NCBI RefSeq assembly: GCF_003918875.1
Contig: NW_025765725.1
Coordinates: 124,001 to 188,000 of the forward strand
Direction of reading: 5' to 3'
DNA length: 64,000 bases
Source: Haliotis rubra
Taxonomy: Eukaryota
Shown piece after piece: positions 26,439 to 39,422 of this stretch. Position 1 is the stretch's first letter. The number at the start of each line of letters is the position of its first letter. The notes under the pieces are model-generated. The model was not told the origin of the DNA and did not search any database. It saw only the letters and a list, made by a program, of their open reading frames with translations. Position numbers and translations under genes: made by a program.

Positions 26439-26603
26439 TTTGTTTTGTTTGTTGTTTAACGCCGCACTCAGCAATATTCCACCTACATGGCGGCTGTCTG
26501 TAAATAATCGAGTCTGGACCAGACAATCCAGTGATCAACAGCTTTGTGTTGGGATACAATGACATGTGCTGAAGACCAATTCTAACCTGAATCTTCACGG
26601 GTT
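26439..26603 (-). mobile_element. Family B copy, internally deleted
   Basis: TTGTTTGTTGTTTAACGCCGCACTCAGCAATATTCC..GAGTCTGGACCAGACAATCCAGTGATCAACAGC..TCTTCACGGG. Confidence 0.85.
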
Positions 26604-29509
26604 CGAGCGTGTAAGAATCCAGCATGAAGCATGTTAACGCTTTTACCCTTTCAACACAACCTTGACAACCCCATGAAAATCATATGTATTCATCATTTAC
26701 CCAATTGTTGGAATATCATATAGATCGAAGGTTTTCGTATCTACTTAGGTACCAACATCTCAGTATCCCGGACTCTAAGGATAACCTTTTGATAAATCAA
26801 TAAAACATCAATCACAGTTGCAAGCATATGTATCAATGGAACGTCATTTTGTCCTTAATTCCACAATATGCCTTCAAGGGGTGATATCATTACTGGTTGA
26901 CATTAAGCTTCACCTCCTGTATATTTTTATATCCTGTTCACGTCAAAGATCCCTACTATTGCAAATACTTGTGGTTGTAATATCACATTGCAGTTGAACG
27001 GTATTGCATGTGGATTCATAGTCGCATCTCTGTCACATGGTAGAGGAAAAACTCCAACGGGTGTTCGCGAAAGAGACTCTTTTTTCGGCCCTCCCAGTAG
27101 CGACCTTGGTTTCAGAAGGTCGAGGTGACAACTGAAAGAAAAGAACCATTATTGAAGACGATATTTTCAGAGTTCCTGATGGTTGTTTCTTGTGAGTGCA
27201 GTGCACGGATAGAAGTCCAACACCTGGAGATGCAGTTGGCAACGGCGATTCCTCTTTGCGGGTATCAAAGGAATGATTTGGCAGGTCAAGCAAATTAAAA
27301 TCAACTTCCGAAACACAACTTTGTTTGTGTCATAGTCCAAGTGTTATCACGGACATAAAGCAGTCAGTGGTAACCATAATTACAGGGAGATATTGTCTCA
27401 ACTTGATACACAGTGTTAATTGCAATATATGGAACAAGGCAGACCAGCAACATATATATCGCTGTTGTTGCTGAGGAGATTACACACGGACGTCTATGTA
27501 TAATACGGATCCATTTCCACCATTCCTACAGCAATATGAAAATTTACATTTCCACCCAACAAAACCACATTATTGTATACAGTTAATACGATGCAATCTG
27601 ATAGCAACATCGAGTGTGAGTGAGTTTGGTAAAGCGTCGCTTTGAACAAATTTTTAGTAATATCATGACGTGTCTGGTTCAACTGGGAGGAAAGCCCGAA
27701 ATGACACTTCGCTTGTTAATGAGCCATGACAAATCCAAACATAGGTGATCGCAACTCCCACAGAGGAACGAATGGCTAGGCCGTCTCCCCTTCATATTCT
27801 CATTAGTTGATGTTACAGGTGAATCCTGTGTACAAAATGGTCGGGACGAAACTCTTATCTCATTAGATAACGGCATTGCTAGTAATTAGCTAACGTGCCA
27901 AATGTATCAGTATTTTATCACGACTCGCCCGATTAGCTCACTTTCGGTAGTACCGGAGAGTGGTAGGTATCGTTGGCCTGTAATTGCTTGTTTTGATAAT
28001 ATAAAGACGGACAGTAACTGATGGAGATCTGACGATACTGTTGAAAACTGACGAAAAAAGTATCAGCCGATGTTAATGGAGAGCTGTTATCAAGATATCC
28101 ATCGGTTTTGTTAATTGAATAGTGTGATGAAAGACGTCCACAACTAATTGAAGTTTGGAAATACCCTCTGACATTCGTAGAAAGGTTGAGGAGATTCTGA
28201 ATTTTGGCCTTAAATGCAGATTCAAATGCAGATTAATCAGTGGTCCCATGTTTTGTGCTTCTTCTTCATGGAGCGGTTTTAAAGAATAGAAGCAGTTTCA
28301 TAAAAACCAAAAATTAGTATAAATACAAACTCTATGAATTTAATCAGGCAACCAGATACCTTGTCATAAATAATGTATTATTTGTACTGCAGCATCATAG
28401 CACACTGTTTAACAGGTTATTGGTTGCAGTGACAGTTCAGATCAGCATATGTCTGTTCTATTGCTGCGTTTTTATGACATTAAAGATGGTTAGACGTTAA
28501 AAGAGTAAGGAAAGCCAGAGTTCTGAACTAGCGTGGTCTGGGCTAACGTAGGTAACACATATTTATATTTCAAATGAAATGGCAAACGTAAACCAACTTG
28601 TGTTTCAACAAACACTTTGGCAGTTATTCCTAAATACCTTCATGTCTGCAAAGCAAAAAAAGTATGGAAACGCCAATTTGAAAACAGATTTAAATAACAA
28701 AAACAATGATGACATCATCGTATTAGCAGAGTGCTCCATGTATTATTGCAACCTCCAAAATACTGCAATTACAACAACCGCGAGAACAAACACCAGGCTG
28801 ACTATCATCGAAGGTATTGTCTTTGGAAAATCTGCACATGATTTGCTTAAGAATTGCCAACATACGTAGAATGAAGTCTTTCACCAGAACATCCCATCAG
28901 TTACCTGTCACTGTCAAACGACGTATCCAGATGGTAGCTCACGTGGGTTAAATCATGCATGGAGTATCTTCCTCGAACAGATCCCGCGTTAACAGATGAT
29001 CTGATACTGACACCGTTCAGTGAACCCTTGCGGTCAAGATCTTGACTCGTCTCCTGACCATCCTACGTATTTAAGCGCACAGCTAGGTTTGCGTACGCAT
29101 ACCATCCGTGAAACCAGTTAGGCTTTGGATTACATACGTTGTCGGGGGATCATTATCTGTTTCAAACTTATTCTTTAGTCGATTCAAATTGTTTTTTAAC
29201 TGTCATTGAACGATCCCCAAAACAAATACATTTGTACATTAGCGTTCAGTATTCGGTTAACATATTTTCATATTGATACTGATATCTTTCTTATATAGAC
29301 AAGATGAAGAGGAAATACATTATGTATAATCCTAGATTATATATAATCCATTGTTAGCTACTATGCATAATCTTGCTTGTTTGTTAGCTATTGTGTATAA
29401 TCCTCCATAATGATTCTTTGTATGTTAGCAATTGTGTATATTCCTCGATCGAGTGTCACCATCATGACCGTATATAACTGGCAGAGAGCTCAAAGTATAA
29501 AACCGCAAC

Positions 29510-30030
29510 TCACTGCCTTGAAACCTTTCTGGGGATGTTGACGGCGCCGAACACGACGATCAAGAGCGTCCCACAAGTGCTCGATTGGTGACATGTCAGG
29601 GAGCATGCTGGCCACGGAAGAACATTAACGTTGTTTGCTTGAAGGAAGTTCTGTGTAATTCTTGCCACATGGGGTCTTGCATTGTCATGCTGAAGCAGGA
29701 TGCCCTGTTGGCGATTGCGCATAAATGGCAGTACTGTGGGGCGAAGAATGTCATCGATATACCGTCTGGCCGTCAGGTTGCCATTGACGATGACCAGTGG
29801 CGTCTTTGTTTCTCCACAAATGCCTCCCCACACCATCACACTTCCCATTCCATAGGAACGACCTCCTGAACGCAACAGGCGGCCTGTCGTTCTCCAGTAC
29901 GACGATAAACCCGTGCCCTGCCATCGTTTCGGGTAATAAGAGAAATCTGCTCTCGTCGCTAAAGAGCACTCGCTGCCATTGACGTCGCTGCCATCGTCGT
30001 ACTCGCCGTACCCACTCCAGTCGTCTCTGT
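29510..30030 (-). pseudogene. Tc1-family DD34E transposase fragment (catalytic domain, frameshifted)
   Basis: WQRVLFSDESRF, GSVMVWGGI, LQHDNARPHVA and LPWPACS-(frameshift)-PDMSPIEHLWD. 34 residues between the second D and the E. No TIRs or N-terminal HTH seen. Confidence 0.95.
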
Positions 30031-32891
30031 ATGTAAAACATACCCCGCGGAAAATATAAACAGAAAGAGTAACTGACAGATTGTTAGGTCTTTGGTAACT
30101 GTTACGGCAGACAATTGTGTACTAATATATTTAAATATGCATAGATGTGCGAAAGAAGTGACAAAGTTATGTAAATCGTATACGGTTTCCTCATGTAGCT
30201 TAGAAACCTATAATAAAGTTCTTCCATCACTCAAGTTTTCATTATTCCTTCTTGTGTACATTTAATCAAAAACGTTTAAGGTTTACACGGCCCTTTAAGT
30301 CCTACATAGCATATGAACAACCTTGATTAACACCTTGATAATATTTCTCTCCTCGTTGAATCCGAATTCGACACCACAGGCTAAACAAACATGAAAACAG
30401 TAATTTACTTAACACAGCACAGACGTTTGTAATCAGGAAAACAAGACTTGAGACGTATCTAATGAAGAACATTCTGAGCCTGGAGCAGGCAGACAGTGCG
30501 GCTTGTACAGGGACGTTCAGGTAATTTATGGTAAATTGCTTCTCCCTGTGTGAGAAGTCAGCTCAAACGCCGCTACAGATAGCTAAGAGAATATCCTGTA
30601 CCATTAGTTGTCGGTAATCGTCGGCACATTTCGGACATTTACTCAGTTTAAGTGTTGGTATATCTGCAGGTGGCGACTTAAACCAGAAACGTTTTCAAAT
30701 GCGACAAAAAGCATTATACGCTTTACGTTTACTTTGATAAGTATTTTTTTTAGTTTTGAAGGAAGATGTGTCACGTGGTATTTTCTCATTATACTTTCCT
30801 AGATCAAAGTGCAATCCTGAAACAAATTGGTTTCTAGTTTCCAAAATGACACATCACAGAAAATATTGAACCCAGCAAGAAGACTTTCAAACAATTATAA
30901 ACAAACTTTTATCTGCTTCAAAACACCTCGAATCAGACGCACTCAGTTGGGATGCCTATAAATAAGGCTCGTAATATTCTGCAAACTCTGTAAGTACATA
31001 TGGAGTAAAATTTTAAAGTTATGGCCTGGTTGACTGTGTCAGGTGTGTAAGGTATCTGTGTCAGGTATGTTAGAAGACGATACGATGTTGGAATAATGAC
31101 AAAGGTAAAATCAATGTTCCCTGTCTTCATTTACACGTATGCCCACTAAGCACATCATACAGTGAAGAACTTGTGTGACCACTCCACGTCTTATCCTTAG
31201 ATCAACACTCTCATGGATGATCATGGCATTGGCAATACGTATATATGTAGATACTTCCTCAGTCTCAACTCGGGCAAAATGCATTTGTATGTTTGGTAGC
31301 AGTCACTTCCAATCGACGTTAGCAAGACAATGCCAATGAAGAGCGTATTTCAACAGTGCCATTCCTCTTGTCTTAAAATATATCCAGATGGTAATTGTAG
31401 GGACTGGAAACCTCCACCGATAAATGTGAAACGTTCTGGGGCTGAGGACAATGAAATGACACCCATGCCGATAGAAACAGCAAGTTTTGTATTAATTATT
31501 CTTTGTGTCTTTGCGTATGTAAACCTTTACCAAGACGAAGACTTTATCCTCTACTGGCCTTGTTGTAGATTCGTGTGTTGTTATTATGGGCAATGTCCGG
31601 TGTCTGTGGACAGAGTAATATGGCGTGATTCTCACACTTGTGTTAGACACAATTACGTACACTAATGTATACGTACTGGCCAACCGCCAAACATACACTG
31701 GATGTCAGCATATGTATTTACTAGTCTGACACAGTTCGCCCAGCTGTTCTAGTGGAGTGAGTACGTTGACGTTGTAGAAATATACAATACTGTAACACGC
31801 ATTCGTGATTACAACACACAGAATTGTTGTTTACAGAGCGTACGGTGATACAGTACTATATGGCTAGACGTTCGGTTAGCCACCCGTTTTGGAAATAGAT
31901 TCTTAGTCAATTATAGAATCGTAAGTTCATCACCCTCGCAATAGCTACAGTCAGGCTTAAACAAGCATAGCTTACTGTGTGATATATCTCTGTGTGATAC
32001 TAAGTAGGACATATTAGAATTGATAGAAATGAACACAACGTATAATCACGTTTGTGTACAAGTTTAAACTTGTCACCTCAGGACATGAAAATTATTTCGG
32101 ATCGTCTATATGTTTGACTGTCCGAGAAACAAAATCGAGGGTCACATTGTCCATTATTCAAAGTATTATATCGCTTCCGGTTATAACAGAATTTCTTTCA
32201 TCCATTCCCCACCCAAGCTTTGTGACGGAAGTGACGTCACTGTCCCGGTCCACCTCTTATCATAATGCACAAAATGTCTCTCGCACGTAGGTGTAATCTG
32301 ATTGGACGGCGTCGTTAGAGGATTGTTTTTAGAATTGTTTTTAGAATTCTGTTCAAAACGAAGCTATGGAGGCGAATGACTTTATAAGTGTATCACAATA
32401 GAATGGAGATAGCATGTACACTCTACCCAACATCAGGCTAAGGAAACGACCATACCACACTTTCCTCTGTAGAACATTCCCATGAATCTTTGCAGTCTAT
32501 TTCGGAATAATAATTACCGTGGCAACAATATTGCCAGATAACACCCGGTAGGTTCTGAGAGGCGGCGAGATGAAAGCATAGCTCAATGCATCAAGCTTTC
32601 TACTTAACTAAGTTTAATCTCAATCTACATGGTCTGTATCAGTGGCAATTTCTCGCTTTTTGAGGCTGTTAAGTGCGGTATTATCATTATAGTTGAGCGG
32701 CCACATTTTTAAGGGTAGCGCCATGTTGGCACCATGGGGCACTCCGACGTCTCATATTGAAGATACCATGCTGTATATAAATGTCGCCAGCGACGCATTA
32801 GCTACTCAATCATTGGGAACTGGATGTTAATAAATATCTGCTTTATGTCATTTAAGCTGATGACACAGGGTTTTTACATCAGGGATATCAG

Positions 32892-33019
32892 NNNNNNNNN
32901 NNNNNNNNNNNNNNNNNNNNNNNNNNNNNNNNNNNNNNNNNNNNNNNNNNNNNNNNNNNNNNNNNNNNNNNNNNNNNNNNNNNNNNNNNNNNNNNNNNNN
33001 NNNNNNNNNNNNNNNNNNN
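32892..33019. other. Assembly gap (128 N)
   Basis: Run of N, followed by a (CCAT)n microsatellite at ~33030-33124. Confidence 1.
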
Positions 33020-33489
33020 ATACACCCTATTCCATCTATCCATTCATCATCCACCCCATCCACCACACCATCAATCAATCTATCCATCCATCATCCATCC
33101 ACCCATCCACTCATCCATCCATCAAGCAATCTCGTTATATAGCTGTCTTCCGTTCACTATCGAGAATTGACGCACAAACAACACGTCAATACTTTGGAAG
33201 TGGATTCTTTCTTTCAAACATATTATTCCCCTGTGGAGTTTCAACCAGTCTTGGTGATCAAACGTCATGCTAACACGGTGTGAGGCCTCACTGGCCCCAC
33301 AGTTCTTAAATTATCTAAATACAATTTAATGAAGAGGTACCATGAGACTTTCTACTTTTAACTTGCCAAATATTGTAGACTGGAAATATTTATTTCAGGG
33401 TCTGTATGACCAATTCAGTGAGAACACTCAAGTCCGAAACCCGCTTTCCAGACAGTTACTGCTTCTTATGTGTTTCTCACTTGGTAAAT

Positions 33490-33985
33490 GTAATCGGCGG
33501 TTATTTTCTTTGGCTGGTGATGCAGGTAGTGTTGTTCATTGTACGTGTATGAATGGATGATATCTGAGGTGGATATGCCTTGCAAACTGCACGAATGAAC
33601 GTTTATTACTGCAACACTGATAGTGACACATATCAGTTGATCGTCCTTGATTTGATACACCTTTAAACAGTTATGCAGTTGTTTGAGCAGAGAAGGTTGA
33701 ATTGAGTGGGTCGGGAATTGAGAAAGTGGTCATTGAGTGTAAATAGATGGGATGTTCTGTTAAGCTCTGCTAACAGAGTAATGGATCCCCTCCAGTGTAA
33801 ATATACCAACAATTACACTGTGTACTGACGCTTCAGCCCATGGCCATTGAAACATTATCGAGAACCATAATACTTGATAATAGACACAGCCAAACATGCT
33901 TTTCAGTCAGTTAATGTCAGTTCTACCCTTTTCAGTTCAGTCTGACTCTCAGTCTCTCTGTTTCTCTCTATCTCTCCCTCTCTCT
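33490..33985. repeat. Dispersed duplication, copy 2 (paralog of 22650-23200)
   Basis: Same orientation, offset about 10.8 kb. Also ends in a short CT tract. Confidence 0.85.
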
Positions 33986-34054
33986 CACTGATTATACTCG
34001 AACAACGTTATTTTAAAAAAATACCCAGTTTTGCACTTTTAGTTCCATTATCTG

Positions 34055-34851
34055 GAGAATAAATTACAACACCAAGTGACAAAAAGAACAATCTAAATAC
34101 ATACGATTCTGTACATTCTTTTACAACCAGACTGGCAATATAGAGAATAAGTTACGACACCAAGTGACAAAAAGAACAATCTAAATACATACGATTCTGT
34201 TCATTCGGCTACAACCTGACTGACAATATAGAGAATAAGTTACGACACCAAGTGACAAAAAGAACAATCTAAATACATACGATTCTGTTCATTCGGCTAC
34301 AACCTGACTCACAATATAGAGAATAAGTTACGACACCAAGTGACAAAACGAACAATCTAAATACATACGATTCTGTGTGTACATTCTTCTACAACTTGTC
34401 TCACAATATAGAGAATAAGTAACGACACCAAGTGACAAAAAGAACAATCTAAATACATACGATTCTGTTCATTCGGCTACAACCTGACTGACAATATAGA
34501 GAATAAGTTACGACACCAAGTGACAAAAAGAACAATCTAAATACATACGATTCTGTTCATTCGGCTACAACCTGACTCACAATATAGAGAATAAGTTACG
34601 ACACCAAGTGACATGAATAACAATCTAAATACATACGATTGTATACATTCTTCTACAACTTGTCTCACAATATAGAGAATAAGTTACGACACCAAGTGAC
34701 AAAAATAACAATCTAAATTCATACGATTCTGTTCATTCTTCTACAACCTGACTCACAATATAGAGAATTAGTTACGACACCAAATGACAAAAAACAACAA
34801 TCTAAATACATACGATTCTGTTCATTCGGCTACAACCTGACTCACAATATA
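34055..34851. repeat. Tandem repeat, 88-bp unit, about 9 copies
   Basis: GAGAATAA(G/A)TTAC starts at 34055, 34143, 34231 and 34319. Confidence 0.97.
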
Positions 34852-36218
34852 ACTCTAGTCAAGTAAATACAAGCAGCAACCTTTGTTGGGACGTTCGCCA
34901 GACCAGCACTGTTGACAACCGCAAAGTAAAAAACTCCCAATGTCTGGCAAGTGAAATAAACTGTAGTGCACTTCGCTTTCTCCGAGGTACTAGAACTCAT
35001 TTGTTTCCTTCGTCTAGATGGGGAGTTTACAGTGTTGGAGTCGTCATGCGTGTTCCGTCTTTCACCACTCGACTTTTATGGGCCATTGGACTCCATATAG
35101 CACTACTTCCTTATCTGACGGGGAGTCTGCTCATTTTATGTTCACTTTGTATCTTCCCATTACCTTCTTGCGAACACCTGCTGGGCTTATAATTGCTGTT
35201 TAAACTAAACTGCTTAATCTGTTACGTACCCTTGGGTGGCTTTGTAATCAACCATCGAGTTTAATTTTGATCTTTGACCTAGGTTTCTACTCATAGACTT
35301 TTGGCGTTTTGTAATAGTTATCAGGCTTTGCAGGATAACGAAGGGAATTGAAATCATATGCCTGGAATTATTAAAAGTAATCTTACGTCAGGCAATTAAA
35401 TCAGGAAAGAAAATATTAATTTAATCACTCGTCGACAGGAGCTTTGTATCGTGATTCCATAATGAACGTTTATTCTGATATTTAGGTCAGAGGTAAGAAT
35501 CTAATTTCAGCAGGTAGTTAATTTAAGTAGTACGGAGTTTTGGTAATTTTATTAGAAACACATCTCAGCCTTGTATTCTGTCGACCAGTTATCATTAATG
35601 TTCCATTTAAGGCATTTCTGAATATTATCTACGTATATGTAATGGTTACCATTAAACATACAAACCCTGAACACAGTGATCCCGATGGTCTCAAAGAATT
35701 GGCATCTTCCATATTGAAAAATGTTATTATTTTTATGGAAGAGTTTTCACGAACTTAGATCCTCTTTGTTCAGTCAGTGTGTGATGTTAGATGTTAGATT
35801 GTCTTCTCCTGATCTTGCAAATATTTGCCTCTTATGATAATGGCAACGAAATCCAATCTGTATATAACGTGGTAAACTGCAAATGCTCTGGCGAATGCAA
35901 GGAACAAGCAGTATTGGAGCAAGTTTTCTTCATGTTTTTCTATAACTGAATATTTGAAGGTCGTTTCCGAGTGTATTTCCCACCCCTTCACAAATTGATG
36001 TGCTGCCAGTTCTAAGACATGTAGCTGCATCCGTGGCTTTACCTGTCATGTTCTTCAAAACCGGTTAGCCTTTTGTTTGGCATTGCTGAACGCTGATAAT
36101 TACTGGTTCGGGTCGTTATTGCAGAAGTCCCATGAGAAGTATTTTCCTTACGACAATACACAGGATTTTATCTCAATAACAACTGCGTAAATATTTACTA
36201 GATGGTATTAATAATTTC

Positions 36219-36678
36219 ACTGAGGTTTTACATTTGTTATCGCTGGACATACTGAGGTTTACATTTTTTATCACTGGATATACTGAGGTTTTACAATTGT
36301 TATCACTGGATATACTGAGGTTTTGCATTTGTTATCACTTGATATACTGAGGTTTTACCATTGTTATCACTGGACATACTGAGGTTTACATTTGTTATCG
36401 CTGGATATACAGGTTTTACATTTGTTATCACTGGACATACTGAGGTTTACATTTGTTATCGCTGGACATACTGAGGTTTACATTTATCATCACTGGATAT
36501 ACTGAGGTTTTACATTTGTTATGACTGGATATCCTGAGGTTTTACAATTATCACTGGATATACTGAGGTTTTACATTTGTTATCACTGGATATACTGAGG
36601 TTTTACATCTGTTATCACTGGATATCCTGAGGTTTTACATGTGTTATCGCTTGACATACTGAGGTTTTACATTTGTTT
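36219..36678. repeat. Minisatellite, 31-32-bp unit, about 14 copies
   Basis: Unit TACTGAGGTTTTACATTTGTTATCACTGGATA. Confidence 0.97.
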
Positions 36679-37758
36679 CAGTGGAATCCTAAACAATACA
36701 ATGTAATTGTTAAATGCAGAAACATTAAAGTAGTCATTGACCAATTGATTTTTGGTGAGGACAATTAAATGATTCATGAATGATTCAGTGACTAGAAGAT
36801 GTTGACATGGAAACCAGAAACATACATACTTTCATAAATCTCGGATAAGAAAAAGCATAAGTTAATTGCCACAAGGGTATGTTTGCAAAATATGATCACA
36901 ACATTTCAGACCGTGTTTGTGTTATGCTCCGTGACGCTGTTTCGTGGCGGGAGATAATAACTCCTTGTAATAGTCCCTGATGGCAAGATTAAACCTCTCC
37001 AACCTAAGCTCTCATCGTTACGATGTTGTGTCTGCCTCCGTAGCAAATTAAAGGAACATGTCTACATGACAAACACGGAATATGTAATTGTCTATTCTAA
37101 TTATGACTGAAGGACGTTACCTCTTGCTCGGAAATTCGTTTTTCCCACAGTGTATCACAGATAGTGAGTCATGGTGTCTCGGTTAAAGGTTTCAAACATA
37201 GCCAGAATAACATTAAAAGTGACATAGTGTCCAATCAAGAGTATATATTGCAGGTCGGTCATTCGCTGAGTTGGACATTACAAACGGAACTCTCCTGGAT
37301 GATAAATGCTGATTTCAAAACTAAACAACTCATGTTATCCATGGCACGCTATTTGCAGTTTACAGACTGGCGCATATATCAGGAATATTGTGATGTTTTA
37401 ACACTAAATACTTGTTTATATTGAGAACAATATAGTTACAATAGCAGGTATAAACAATATTAAGTAACATGACTCTATTGATCAACATAGAAAATTTAAG
37501 AGAATTGTGGTGATTGTGATGGTTTTCCAAAATAATAAGGAGCATTACGTTGCAGAATTAGTCTCGGTATATTGGCAGACGTAAATATACAAGTTTATAA
37601 CAGTCACGTTTATTTTCTTGATGCATTATTATAAGTATGTACATCTTTAGAAGATAAATCGGAGACCCTCAAAAAAGACAGCTGTCATCTTTTCGCTGGC
37701 TGACGTTTTTCTCTCCATACTTGTCCTCAAGTGACCAAGCAACCACATTAGTAAAATC

Positions 37759-37865
37759 CCCATTTCTGGTGTCGCCCACCGTAATATTGCTAGTAAAATC
37801 CCCATTTCTGGTGTCCCCCGCCGTGATATTGCTAATATTGCTAGTAAAATCATACTCACTCACTC
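37759..37865 (+). mobile_element. 5'-truncated SINE family A with an internal tandem duplication
   Basis: CCCATTTCTGGTGTC..ATATTGCTA occurs twice, followed by a (CACT)n tail. Flanks are CATTAGTAAAATC (37746) and CATTAGTATAATC (37866). Confidence 0.85.
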
Positions 37866-39422
37866 CATTAGTATAATCATACCGGATATTTCCTCCAATA
37901 TTATCATAAGTTTAGTTCACATGAAGAGCACCAGAAAGTTCAAGTTAAAGTGAACGTTTCACACTGATTCTTAAAGAAATCAGCCAATCTGATACAAACG
38001 TATGGGTGAACATGTGAGCTAAGAATTACTTTCACAGTGATACAAAGAGACGCCAGTTCAGCTGTTTTGACCTCGGTAATTAAATGTTTCTGTAAGTCAG
38101 ATGTTCCCAAGGAGCATTGTAACAGCTGGGATATGTTCCACAGTTACACGTATAACAACAAGAAGTTTCTGCAGCACGACAAGGGTAATGACCTCTGAAC
38201 TCATTATCATATTAGTAGATGTGTACCAGGTAATCATGTTATTAATACATGGTAATGCTGTACTTATTCTTGTCAAAGCAAATGTAACACACAAGCAAAT
38301 GGCCGTTATTGTATTCCATAGTTTGACTAAACGGTTTATGATCATGGGCTCACAGCTACCGTGGTAACTGTTTTCTCACCTTTTTAACATTGATGCATTA
38401 TAAGCGGCGGGCGAAATGCGAAGTATGCTAAACTTGGCAATTTAATTGATGTTTACGTCAATGGAAAGTACGGTAGTCAGATGGTAGGGATAAGGTGAAT
38501 GAGATACGCGTGGTATAGTCTCTGTGTTTTTAACCTATTTTTACCTCGATGTATTTCGTCACGTTTTGGTTTTTAAACTGTTTTAACAATAAATGGTGTA
38601 ATGTGTTAATTTTGCTGAGAGTAAATATTATCACTTGTAATTTTTGTGTGTACTTTGTGTTGTGTGGATAGCTCCACACAAACTAGTTACCTCAAAACAG
38701 ATGTGAATGTATTACGTAACACTCCCCAAACACTCGTGCAGATGTCGTAATACTGGATAACATTTTGGAGATTCAGAATAACCTTAGCTTCCGGCGTGTG
38801 TGAATCATTCACGAAACCCTTCCCTGGTTACTTCAGACCTCACTCCCCCATCAGTGCCAGTGACGACCTACTCGTTAGGTTTAAACATTACCTTGTGCCT
38901 AATCCGATTCTAAATGAGTAAATTCATTTTACAGTGGAAGTCTGTCCTCTTAGGTAAAACTCTACATTAGTAAACTTTGTAATCATCACTGAAACGATAT
39001 CATAGAGTGGCGGTTATGACACTGATGAGTAAAGGTCTCTTATGCATTTTGAGTGACACATAAGTCAGACAATAAATATTACATACACATTTGGGGTGCG
39101 TGTACACCGTTTATTTAAAAACATTCAATTTTAAAGATATTATCTGTTACTCTAAACGTTAACTTTCGTGTTCATTTCGCCCTTGTCTTTTTCATAATTA
39201 CGTACATCTGAGTCATGTTAAGAACCGGGAAGTTAAGGTTAACTAGTCTGCTTCCATTATGAAGCCAATTTATATTTAACCATAAACAATATCTTCTTTA
39301 CTTTTACTTCATTCGCACCTATTTTAAGCATAACATCAACTATCCAGGTGAACGGCAGCCTGCACAGGAAATGTTAATAACGTAAGGATGAGGATGTTCT
39401 TGCTGCTGTTGTCAGCGTGTCA

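Noticed and set aside
32824-33273. ORFs of 149 and 79 aa
   Set aside because: Open only because they cross the N gap and the (CCAT)n tract.
38985-39040. Permuted hammerhead (GAAAC..CTGATGAG)
   Set aside because: No stem III or cleavage-triplet geometry, and stem II is poor.
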